Origin: Amphiscolops sp. MND2022
Taxonomy: Eukaryota
Direction of reading: 5' to 3'
DNA length: 64,000 nt
Assembly: GCA_964187785.1 (NCBI GenBank)
Contig: OZ076409.1
Coordinates: 49,354,001-49,418,000 of the forward strand
The position numbers and the translations under genes are program-made. Every line of letters begins with the position of its first letter. Within the stretch, counting starts at the first letter, position 1. The notes under the pieces are model-generated. The model searched no databases, was not told where the DNA came from, and saw nothing but the letters and a program-made list of their open reading frames with translations. Shown in pieces: positions 26,911-37,712 of the stretch.

Positions 26911-29900
26911 TCAGATGTCTCTGATTTCAGGTTCTTTAGCTCTTTTGTTTTCTTCGTCGATTTTCATTACTACGTCGATTCCGTAGCGTTCTGTTGGCCG
27001 TCTCCGTCGGCTTTCGCTTTGGGGAGGAGCCCATGACACAGAGGCCTTCACGGCCTTCTTTCCTTTTCCAGGGGGCCTGTTTTCAGCTGGGATCACCACT
27101 TCTTGATGTCTTGGCATTTCTTGGGGAATTGCCGTTTCTTGGGGAATTGTCATTTCCTCGCCGTCTGTCTCATTGGTCTCAGGCCTCGACTCTCTCTCTT
27201 CCTCCGACTCGGCGGTGTCCTCCATGTTCTCTGTTATTGTTGTATCTGTTGGAGTTGAGTTTGACTCTTCGTCTTTAGTTTCTTCCGAAACTACGTAGGT
27301 TTCGTCTTCTGACGACTCGTCTGTTGCGCTCCAATTGGTGGACGGTCCAGCTTGTTCATTTCTTGACTGTGCAGGTGTTTTCTTCTTTTGTGGTTTGGTT
27401 TTCGCCACATCCCGCTTTGAGTAGATGATCTCTCTTTTCCCATCTTTAGGTAGAAACGTAATGGTGTGGGCAGTCTCTTTCACGATTTTTCCTGCTCGCT
27501 TCCTAAATTGGCCTTCCAATTTGGACCCTCGCGTCCTCTCCCTCACCATTATCGCCGAATCTACTTCCTCTTCGAAGTCTGATGTGGAGAACTTCAGACC
27601 TGGGTCTACTTCTGAAACACCTTTAATTTTATCTACTATGTTACTTTTTACTGTATTCGGTTTTCGGCCGTACAGTTTTTCAAATGGCGATGTTCCGTCT
27701 GCTTTTTCGCCCATTCTTAGCGCGTATAAAATTTCCGATAACCCGGATTTGTCTTTTTTCAGTACTATGTTCTTATTCGTCCGTAGGCGTTCATTTATGG
27801 TTCTTATCAGTCGTTCGATTTTACCATTTCCTCGGTGATCGCGCACTGGACAGGTTACGTGGTTTATTTGAAAATTTCGGCAGAATGTTTTAAATTCTTC
27901 GCTAGTAAATACTGTGCCCGGGTCTGATCTAATTTGCTTCGGGATACCGTATTGGGATATATAGTTTTTTAAAAATTCGATAACCTTCTTAGTTGTCGGT
28001 TTGTGTAAAGATAGGGCGTCGGGCCACGCTGAAAAGTTATCTATGGCTACTAATAAGTATTTCTTTCCATGTTCGGCGTTTTGGAAGGGACCCGCAAAAT
28101 CTAATGCTATTTCATCATTCGCTTTTTCCGATTTTGGTATTTCTCCGAATTGTTTTTGTTTTAGCAAAGGTTTAATGTTTTTACCTGCGTTATTGCACTG
28201 ATCGCAACATTTTGCTGTCGTGACGACTTCTCGGTGGAATTTTGGCCACCATATGTCAGAAATATACCTCAGCATGGTGTCACGGCCGGGGTGTCCGTAG
28301 TGGATAGAACTCATTATCGAAGTACGTAAATTAGTTGGGATAACCAACCGTTCGTCCATATAAAGGTACTTTCTGCTGTCCACGCTGAATGAGTTAAATT
28401 TTTCACGCCAAGGCGCAGGAAGTCTAGAAATTTTGGCTCCTTCCTTGGTTTTTACCAATTGAATCACTTTTTGGAGCATTTTATCTGCCTCATAATTCGC
28501 GGGTAAATAAGAATCGTTTATTTTGCCAATAACGTTGGACATGTAATTAAGCGTCATTTTACTCTGTTCTTGTCTGCTTGCTTTGCTTAAATTTTGTACC
28601 GCACTGCGATTACGTTCGTTCCGCCGCGCGTAACTTTCTCGCGATTTGATTGGCTGGTTACCTTCTCGTTCTTTTACTTTCTCAGCGTGCTGTGCGTCGT
28701 GTTCACTCTCCACTCTCAACACCGAATCAGGCGCGCGCGGCAGTTTCATCGCTCTTGGCGTCTCCAGTGGGGTTGTCTCATTTTCTGAAATAGCATTCAT
28801 TTTTGAAATTGCGTTTACTGTAAACCAGTCGTTCCATAATTTTTCAGAGTTTACCGCGTACCCTTTTATTCCACTAGGATGTCTTGATAAGTAATCTGCG
28901 AAGCCTAGTACTCTACCCGGCGCATGAATGACTTCAAATTCAAATGGTAGTAGTCTATCCACCCATCTTGTTAGGCGGCTTGAGATTGTTTTGTTACTTC
29001 TATTTGGTTTTAGTACTGAGGCCAGCGCTTTATGATCCGAGATTACTTGGAATTTCACGCCGTACACGTAGTTTTTAAAATGCTCAATCGCCCAAACTAC
29101 CGCTAATAATTCCAACTCATTAATTGAGTATTTGGATTCAAAGTCTGTTAAAAATCTAGACGCAAGTGACACTGGTTTCCATTCTTGGTTACTTTGCTGT
29201 TGCTGAAGTACAGCTCCTAATCAATGTTTGCTTGCATCGCAAATAATTCGTAGTTTTTTGTCTTTTTTAAAATGTGTCAATTCCGTTATTTTCTTTACTT
29301 CTTGGTTAACTTTTAAAAATGCCTTCTCATGTTCTCGCGTCCATTTCCACTCAGCTTCTTTTTTCAGTATTGATCTAAATGGTGCACAGATGTTCGCCAG
29401 GTCTGGTACAAATTTATTTAGTTGGTTAACCGCTCCAAGTAATGACCTCAATTCTCTCAAGTTACCTGGTCGCAATCTTCCGGTGATTCCTTGCACTTTG
29501 CCATTTATCGGGGAAATGCCTTCCCCCGACAATTCGTATCCCAACCATTCTATCTTTGTACAGGCTATTTTACACTTGTCTACTCTCAATTGCAAATTTG
29601 CACTGTCTAACACCTTTAGAACTTCTCGGACTTTTTGCATATGTACACTTTTTTCACCTTTTGTAACTATTAAAATGTCGTCTATATACACGAATGTACA
29701 ATCTGTATTTACAAGGGTTATGTCCATTAATTTCTGAAATTCTGTCGGCATTATTGACAGTCCATAGTGACCGGTTACGAATCGATAGGTACCCGTTGAT
29801 TTTCCGCCGATAATTTGAAAATTACAGTGTTTCGCCGTACTTTCGTCTAACGGTACTTGACCATATGCGTATTTCATGTCGACTGAGGAGTACCATACTT

Positions 29901-31677
29901 CTCCTTCTTTTCCATCGATTTTTTCTGCAATCATGTCCATTAGATTTTCTAAATTCGGCATTTGGTACTTATCTTTTGCAATTGAGTTATTTAGCGCTCT
30001 TGCGTCTAATGCTATTTTTACTGAGCGATCTTTCTTTACTGTTATAACTACCGGCTGTAAGAAAACGTCGTCCTTTATCGTATTCACTTTCTCAATATGT
30101 CCTTGTTCTAACAATTGTTTAATTTCTTTGTCTACTTGGTCTTGCAATTGTAGTGGTATTCTACGACCTTTCTGCTGAGTGACGCTCGTGCCGTCTTTCA
30201 TATCAATTTTAATCTTGTAGTTATTTACTCTACCGCGTCTCTTGAACAAATTAGGAAACTCTTCAACTAATTGATTTGCCTCCGGACTTAGCTTAATCTC
30301 AGGATTTGCACTTTCGCAGGAAATGCTATTTACAATATTCTCACCTCTTGTCATAGGCTGATCGATTTTGTATTTCAGAGCTGTGAGCCAATCACGGCCA
30401 ACAATCGATTTTGCTCCTTTCTTCGCAACGAGCACTCTCGCCTTCGACATCCTTGTTTTTCCCACCTGAATGCTGACAAACATGTAACCTAGCAGGGGTA
30501 GAGGACGTCTGTTAAAATCTACATATCGTTCATCATCAATTATCTCTCTGACGACTACCCAATATTTTCCAATGATGCGTTCCAGTTCATCTATTGCGAA
30601 GATAGACACCGGTGAAGCGGTATCAATGATAGCCTGGAATTTCTTCCCGCACATCAGGCCTTCCATCATGAATGGTTTTGCTCCTTCGCCGATCACTTGC
30701 AGAACCATTTCGTCGTCATCCCATTCTTCTGAATCTTCGGATATGTAGTTTATTCTTGCCATTCCTCTCCGTCTGCTCTGAAGTCTCTGCTTCATCTGCT
30801 TTCTTCTTTCTGGGTATTTCTGGTTACAGCATTTTTCGAGGTGGCCGGTGATGTCACAAAATTCACATTTGTGATTGGTGGCCGGGTATTTCTTTATATG
30901 ATCTGTTGTGAAGTTCCCCACCCCACAACGAAAGCATTACCTTTTATTGACCTTTTCCACAGCGCATACCGGTTCGGTCTTGATTGCCGTCTTTGAACTT
31001 TCTGTCACTCCTATCCCCATGGTCTTTTGTCTCTTTACACCTTCTTCGTAGGAGATGGCATACTTCAGGGCATCTTGGGGGTCGTCGAAGGGTTCTACGC
31101 ATAATTTTTCTTGGACTTTCTTGTTGTTCATATTTAAAATGAACACGTCGTGGACCAGCGTTTGCGTTATTTCACCCAGTTCACATCTTGATGCTAGTCC
31201 ATTGAGCGCATGCCAGAATTGTTGCAGGGATTCGTTATTTTGCTGTTTTCTGGACAGAAATTTATGTCGATCCAGAGTTCTATTGGGTGCCACGTGGAAG
31301 CAATTTCTGCATCTCTCGATCATGTCCCGGACTCCCAATGTCCAGACCGACAAATTCGGATGTTTGTCCTTGAACATCTTTCTGGCGGGTTCTCCCACCG
31401 AAAGGAAAAGCCAAGTTACGACTTTTTTCTCCGCCGCTTCTTCTGCCATATCCCCGATAAGTGCTTTTATCCTGGGACTGTTCGCATCCGTGGTTCTGGT
31501 CAACTCCTCAATAGAGATTGAATATTTTGCCATGACTGCTACAGCAAACAAGTCGAACCATCGTTCCCATTCCATTAGCGGGGATCTTGTATTATCTGAC
31601 CAGAACAGTGGCAGACCGGGTAACAAAGAAGGGTTTTCTTTTTGTATTGACGCAGTAGAAGTTTCTCGCAGCGCCAT
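26911..31677 (-). pseudogene. Single-frame gag-pol of element 2 interrupted by two in-frame stops
   Basis: ORFs 30937..31677, 29221..30921 and 26911..29172 share one frame. Motifs: CFRC and CEFCDITGHLEKC knuckles, IDTAS protease, YIDD RT, CDAS RNase H, HHCC and DDE integrase. Stops at 30937-30939 and 29221-29223. Confidence 0.9.
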
Positions 31678-31866
31678 GTTGAAGACTACTGAGAGGCAAT
31701 GTACAAGAAGTAAAGAAGAGGAGATAACAATGTATTATGAACTGTATCTCGAAGTAAGGGCAACAGCAACTAAACATAGTGTTTTGCATTTCATTCTAGC
31801 ATTTTCATGACAGGTGTTTGTAAATAATATCTTTAGCGTAACTGTTCTTTTTAGTACTCTGTCACA
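31677..31866 (-). repeat. 5' LTR of element 2
   Basis: Direct repeat of 26562-26751; abuts the PBS. Confidence 0.95.
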
Positions 31867-31994
31867 TGAATGTTCAAAACATACTCGAACTCGAAACTTC
31901 AGAGCCACGTCCAAAGCAAAAAAAAACAAAACCAACGTCCAGAACTTCGACAACATACTAATGATCCCCCCTTTGGCTATCTTGGTGTTTTTAA

Positions 31995-32422
31995 CTTAGA
32001 TCTTTTTCGGGACTGAGACTTTTTTTCGAATATTTTTTGATTGCACCAAAGAGTCCCACTTCATTTTTATGATATTTTGCAACAGAATTGAATGTCAATA
32101 AATCCCAAAGGGTCCCCCCTTTCAAATTTTTGGCACTATGAGACTATTCAAAATGATCATTTTTTGATTTTTTTTCCGAAAATTTTTTAAATGTCTCATT
32201 GTTTTTTTTCAAGACAGGCGGTTTCTCCATGTAACTTTTTTCAAATTTGCTTGTATCAAGGCCCCCTCAACTGTGACACTGTTCAAAAATCTCATTCAAA
32301 TTTTTTTTTCGAAATTTTTTTTACAGTCTCCAAAGGTTCCCTTCAATTTTTTCGCAACCAACGTCCCACTTTTACAATTTTGAGCCTTAGATATAGCGCT
32401 GACTTTGACCGTTCCCGGCTTT
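31995..32422 (+). mobile_element. Degenerate HINE-like repeat, opposite orientation to 6846-7302
   Basis: tttgagccttagatatagcgctgactttgaccgttcccggctt is the reverse complement of the family end; the internal units (ttttggcactatgagac, aaagggtcccccc) also match. Confidence 0.55.
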
Positions 32423-32855
32423 TTTATTGGTCACGTGACTACACCTCAAGTTCCACCACAAGATGGCACAATACTAAGCACATGTACGTTAAGTGATTGT
32501 ATAATTGATGTTGAACAAAATATAACACTCTATAATTATGAGTCATTTTAATGAGATGAGTGCCCGTGATGAAATTTGTACAGATTGGGTAACAACAACT
32601 TAGTCGTAGAGGCATTGACCTTGCTGTTTGTTGCGTCTTGTATTTTCTACCCTGTTTTATCTGGGTTCGTGTTGTGAAATGTTTTCACTCTTTTGACTCG
32701 CTTTTGTTTGTTAGCATCGTTTGGTTCAAAACAACATATAACATACTTCAGTACTCAGGTGAATGGGAATTATATAAATGTCGTAGGTTGCTTACAATCA
32801 TAGATCTGATTATGCGGCTTCATATTGCTTTTATATAAGTATACATGAGATAAAA

Positions 32856-33609
32856 ACAAGCTGGGAACGGCCCAAGTCGGCGCCCCGCTCAAGGGGCAAA
32901 TGTGTACCTGGGGACGTGGTTTAGTATCACCTGTTGAAAAAACATCTTTTGAAAATCCATTAATGTCTTATAGTACTGAAAATCTGACCATAAAGCTTTA
33001 CATTGGACACAAATTATGTGAAATTTCGGGGAAAAACGGGGAAAAAAAGAAATAAAAACGTTATATCCGAACTTTGAAAACGTAACGTCCGAACATTGAA
33101 AACGTTTCATCCGAATTTAAGTACGTGTTAGATGGTATATGAGAAACATTTTACTTAGCTTTTTTTACAGCTTTGGAAAATTCTCCAAGAAACGTTGTAT
33201 CCGGTATACAATATATCCGGAATTCGTTATATCCGGTTTGCGTAAAATCGGGTATGGGTTGTGTCGTTTTATCCGATAAACGTAATATCGGGTATTCGTT
33301 CTATCCGGTTTGCGTTAAATCGGGTTTCCGCCCTTTGTAACATTGAAAATTCTCTTCAAAAAAACGTTACATCTGGTGTACGTAATATCCGGAATTCGTT
33401 ATATCCAGTTTGCGTTAAATCCGGTATGGAATGTGTTATTTATTGTTGAAAGGGACTCTTTAGCACTTATCAGAGCTTTGAAAAATTCTCAAGAAACGTT
33501 ATATCCGGTATACGTTACAGCTTATAAAGCTTGTAAAACTTGTCACTTTGTCGGTCTTTAAAAAGCCACTACTATAGTTGCCTCTTTCTACAAAAGCGCC
33601 GATTAAAAA
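32856..33609 (-). mobile_element. HINE-like element with a different interior (atccgg-rich short repeats)
   Basis: Ends acaagctgggaacggcccaagtcggcgccc and aaaagcgccgattaaaaa match the family termini; interior repeats at ~33190-33515. Confidence 0.5.
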
Positions 33610-34294
33610 TGCGGCTTCATGAATATTCATAAAGTTTATAAACTAGTTAGTTAGAATTTTGTTAGATCTATGCTTAGTTACTTCTATTTTTTCCATCATG
33701 CTGGCATGACAATGACTCCCTAGGGTTCCTACAGACGGGCAAGGTCTGGTTAAATATCAAATCAACATTTACAATCCCTGGAAAATCCCGGAGATGCGTT
33801 GAAAAGCATTTGAGCAGAATTTTAACAAAAAACAGTCTAGACGCAAATGGGTAGCAACATCAGGACATTCATAATCATATGAAGCTTGACGTCTATGAAA
33901 CTCAAAACTTTTTGTTACTAAACCAGAAACTCAATTTTTTTTTCAGAAAAAGCAGACTCTTAAAGTGGCAAGTTTTTCTTCTAGTCACCCTGTAAAATCC
34001 ACTTTTAGTAATTTTTGAATACGTCATAAATTTGATTTCAAATTGATATGGGGCCACGTTTTGGTCCAGGGGTTAACTCGGATTTCCAGACATGGTCACG
34101 GGGTGTGAGAACTAGTAGGACGTAGGTTGGAGTTTCGCGGTGAACCAATTTTTCATGCTTGCAAATGTAGTGACTGTAAAGGGTTGCTCCTCTGGATTTT
34201 TCGGTGCTAAGCGACACGTTTCGAAGTTTTTTTTTCCACCTTAGGACTTTTTAGCACAATGCGACTCACCAAAGACAATTGTTGAAAAAGTCTT

Positions 34295-36621
34295 TGTCAC
34301 AGCCCGCTCCCGGTCTGGCTTGTGGTTGCAGACGGCTGAAGATTGGGAGAGGACACGGAGGTAATCTGAGATTCCCCAAATCTTATTTTAACTGGTAACT
34401 CTAAAACTTTATCCTTGAAATAAACTGTGACTAGAAATGCGAAAGCACAACTAAACTGCGCAAATTTCAACTGGAAATGAAAACAGAGAACAAAATGAAC
34501 CAAAATGATTTCACGCATTTCCGGCAAGACGCGTTTGTCACGTCAAAATAGCAACATTCGCCACCTGGAAACTAAATTGAATTACATTCTAAAACAAAGA
34601 AAGCATGGTCTAATCTAAATGAAAACGTAGTCAAAATCATCTTCCAAAAGAACATTAATCAGATCTAAAATAGAAAATACACCGAGATGACACACCGATT
34701 TGGTTTAAGCCCTTTTCTTAGAAAGGCAGCTTAATTACTCTTTGAACAGCAATTAAAATGATTTAGGACGTCAATACTGCGCTGAGTAAACAAAGCGGCA
34801 AAAGAAATAAGAATACATGTATATTTGTCGTCAGTAGGACGCAGACAAGTTTGAAGGCATACCAATTGACGTCACTGCCTCGCATACGCGTACCAGCAAA
34901 TCATTCCAATTATCCGCCTATACTAATAACATTGCTAGGAATCATTCCAATTTACCGCCACTGTGACGTCACTGCGCCGGCAGCTAGCGAGAGATTCATT
35001 TCTGAAATACTCGTCAGCATTGCGTCAAACTAGTCAAAATCTCTACTCTGCCAAGAAAACTCGTCAACATGACGTTGACAAGTTTATGAAATTGAATAAA
35101 GTGAATGAATTTGCTGAATTTAGTCAAGTTTTCATCGCGCAAATGCCGTTATTTCCTAAGGAGAGAAAATTGCAGACTGTTGCAAAGTGTATAACGAAAG
35201 CATTGTTGATTTTCCATGGTTTAAGGTCCCAATTTAGAATGCGTTTTGGCACATATAGGATAATTTCAACCCCACGTTAAGTAACAATCATGTATTCTTA
35301 ACGATAAAGGAATTTCCGCGCATAAACCATCTTATTACAAGATCTCACAGTAGATTAATTAGGAAGTCACAGTTTATTCTCTCCAACTAAAAGCATATTG
35401 TGTACCAGAAATGTATTTCTCATATATTTTGCATTTTTGTACTCTACAACATTGAACGCTGTACTTCTGATTGTGATCATGTTTTTCCATTATAGTACCT
35501 CCGTTGCTGTCCAGGTATTTACCTTGTGTTAGTGCTGTTATTTAACAAACGTTGTTGTTAATTTTGTAAATCTTGTCGTGTTTGACACGACATGACAAAG
35601 TTGCTAACAAAGTATTATTTTCATATCATGATTTCATTCCCATCTCTAGCAAAAGATTGAGTCCAAATTCATAAAATATCGTCCTAGCATCGTTCAAATA
35701 TTCCTATTTTGGAATTAGTCATATCATTTTTATCAAAGCGAAATTCAAAATCAGGTATTTGTTGTTCACGTCAGCGTCATCTCAGCGTCATCTTCCCGCA
35801 AACCAAAGCAGTAAAACAGGGAAGCATTTCCGGTTTGACAGACTGAAGTAATATCTACTTCCTGCTTGGGAGGAAGCAAAAGGACGCCGGGATGAAATGA
35901 TATGATCATGTTTGATGACTAATACTAGTTTAAAATTGTCGTGTCTTAAAAATCGACGAAATGTCAGCGCAAATTTGGGAACTTTGTGATTTTTTCATCG
36001 ATAAAACAGGAAATGACTAATTGTTCGAAGGAAATTAGGGATTATGGTCGTGATCAAATGATGCTGGGAGGGTATAAATGTGATAGGATTTGATGATTAA
36101 GGGACTCAGTCTTTTGCAATTGTACAATTCAGTTGAATTTTCAATTTCACTCTCGCCTTTTTCTACTTTGTCAGAAAAATCTTTGAAAGAAATTCAATTC
36201 TTCAAGATCAAACTTTTCTACAAAATGTCAACAACAAGAAGCCAAAAAAGAAGGAACGATCAGCAAAGCACCAGTGAGAACGTAAGTGAAGGCTTGATTT
36301 CACCCATAGTAGTAGGAAATCCTTGTTCTTTGAATCAGGACGATGAAGTAGCGGGGCCTTCTAGACCAAAATCCCCCCGGATTGAGAATAGTCTCTTTGA
36401 AAGCTTGAGAACTTCCTTAAAGGAGGAAATAACGTCAGAGATTAAGAATCTTGTTATTGAATCCCAGAAGGAGATGTTGAAACTCCTTAAACCTGAAACA
36501 AGAGGGATTATTAGAGAAAATACCGAGGAAGAGGTAGAGGAGGAAACTAGAAGTTTCTATACTCCTACAAAATCAGTGAGAATAAGTTCTACTCAAAACG
36601 ATCCGATAGCATGTCGTAACA
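34295..36621 (+). repeat. 5' LTR of element 3 (2,327 bp)
   Basis: tgtcacagcccg...tgtcgtaaca; roughly 99% identical to 48034-50360 by eye. Confidence 0.95.
36073..36111 (+). promoter_or_regulatory. Putative LTR core promoter (TATAAA plus Inr-like TCAGTC)
   Basis: TATAAA at 36073 and TCAGTC at 36106, upstream of the gag ATG at 36225. The sister LTR retains a TATATA and gggactcagtcttt. Confidence 0.5.
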
Positions 36622-37664
36622 TGGTGACAGGAGTCCTAACCGATTCCACAAACCAGCCAAAAAGAACAAAGGCCAGGTCTCAGAGCCAACCGCCGTCAAA
36701 AGAACGTCCAGTAGTGGCAAGGACTTTATTTGCAACAGATAAAAATGATAGCACTACTCTGCCCATGCCAAAAGCACTCACGGCGTCACTCCCAACCTTC
36801 GATGGGAAGTCGGAAAATTTCGAGCTTTTCGAAGACCTTTTTCGCAATAATATCAAAATGTATCCACACCTTACGGAAATCCAAAAACTAAACTATTTCC
36901 ACTCCCTGCTCAGAGGAGATGCTTTACAAGCATTTTGTAATATCGAAGATACGAAAAAGGATTCCCTTGATGAGATCATGACGATTTTCAAACGACGTTT
37001 CGGAGATTATTTGTACATGGCCAAGGGAAGATGCGAATGGGATGAGCTCAAACTCGACCCCTCGAACCAGAAACTCCACGAATTTCTGGATGTACTTCAA
37101 AAAACCGCCAAAGAAGCCTTCGGCTCTGAAGCCCAACAATTTATTGATAAGGCGATCTATGCAAAAATGCCAGACCATGTAAAGAAAATAATAAATAGAG
37201 CGTACCTTGAAGACAAACCCTACAACGACATCGTACTGCATCTAGAAAGGGAAATGAGACTTAACGGCCTCGGGGCGCCAGATGAAGTAAACCTGGTACC
37301 ACTTAACAAAGTAGAACCGGCCCCACCAAACACTGAGTCCAAACAGGCCGACAACACGACGCAAAACACCAAGAAAGGGTATTGCTTCTACTGCAACAAA
37401 TTCGGACACTACAAAGCGGAGTGTAGGAAAATGAAAAGAGATAAATGGATGCAAACCAAGAGAAACAATGGCCAAACCAGCAGCAGTTCAGGCAAACCAC
37501 TTAAATGCGACACGTGCGGAAAACCCCACAAAACAGAAAATTGTTGGAATGGAGCCAATGCTGCCAACGATCCGCGTCCCAAGCGCCGCACTACACAGGA
37601 ACAAAAAAGGGACACCCCAGACCAGATGACAACAACCGACTTTGCCACCGAACCAAAAAACTAA
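36225..37664 (+). CDS. gag: Gag of element 3, starting inside the LTR
   Basis: aaaATG at 36225 (the same start is used in the sister ORF 53139..53558); LPTFDGK capsid-like region; knuckles CFYCNKFGHYKAEC and CDTCGKPHKTENC. An alternative in-frame ATG lies at 36621. Confidence 0.85.
   Translation: MSTTRSQKRRNDQQSTSENVSEGLISPIVVGNPCSLNQDDEVAGPSRPKSPRIENSLFESLRTSLKEEITSEIKNLVIESQKEMLKLLKPETRGIIRENTEEEVEEETRSFYTPTKSVRISSTQNDPIACRNMVTGVLTDSTNQPKRTKARSQSQPPSKERPVVARTLFATDKNDSTTLPMPKALTASLPTFDGKSENFELFEDLFRNNIKMYPHLTEIQKLNYFHSLLRGDALQAFCNIEDTKKDSLDEIMTIFKRRFGDYLYMAKGRCEWDELKLDPSNQKLHEFLDVLQKTAKEAFGSEAQQFIDKAIYAKMPDHVKKIINRAYLEDKPYNDIVLHLEREMRLNGLGAPDEVNLVPLNKVEPAPPNTESKQADNTTQNTKKGYCFYCNKFGHYKAECRKMKRDKWMQTKRNNGQTSSSSGKPLKCDTCGKPHKTENCWNGANAANDPRPKRRTTQEQKRDTPDQMTTTDFATEPKN
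36622..36636 (+). other. Primer-binding site of element 3 (TGGTGACAGGAGT; tRNA-Leu-like)
   Basis: TGG directly after the LTR terminal CA. The tRNA identity is inferred. Confidence 0.7.
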
Positions 37665-37712
37665 TTACGCCGAGCCTGCGTTTTGGGGAGAAAGTAGACG
37701 CGAGGGCGTATT
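37655..37712 (+). promoter_or_regulatory. -1 programmed ribosomal frameshift signal (A AAA AAC plus downstream stem-loop)
   Basis: Slippery heptamer at 37655-37661, in gag phase just before the gag stop; pol is in the -1 frame. TACGCC (37666) can pair with GGCGTA (37705), with an inner tgcgttt/agacgcg stem. Confidence 0.8.

Larger units (their letters stand above)
26562..31866 (-). mobile_element. Full-length compact Ty3/Gypsy LTR retrotransposon (element 2)
   Basis: 190-bp TG...CA LTRs, identical by eye; TSD TGAAT (26557-26561 and 31867-31871); PBS TGGCGCTGCGAG; PPT AAAACGGGGAG. Confidence 0.95.

Noticed and set aside
31055..31810. Long opposite-strand ORFs over gag/pol (also 15116..15754 and 29228..29737)
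   Set aside because: Antisense shadows of coding sequence with no independent motifs.
34851..35280. Short ORFs in mid-LTR duplicated at 48590-49019
   Set aside because: They recur only because the LTR is duplicated, and are not conserved as ORFs in the sister LTR.
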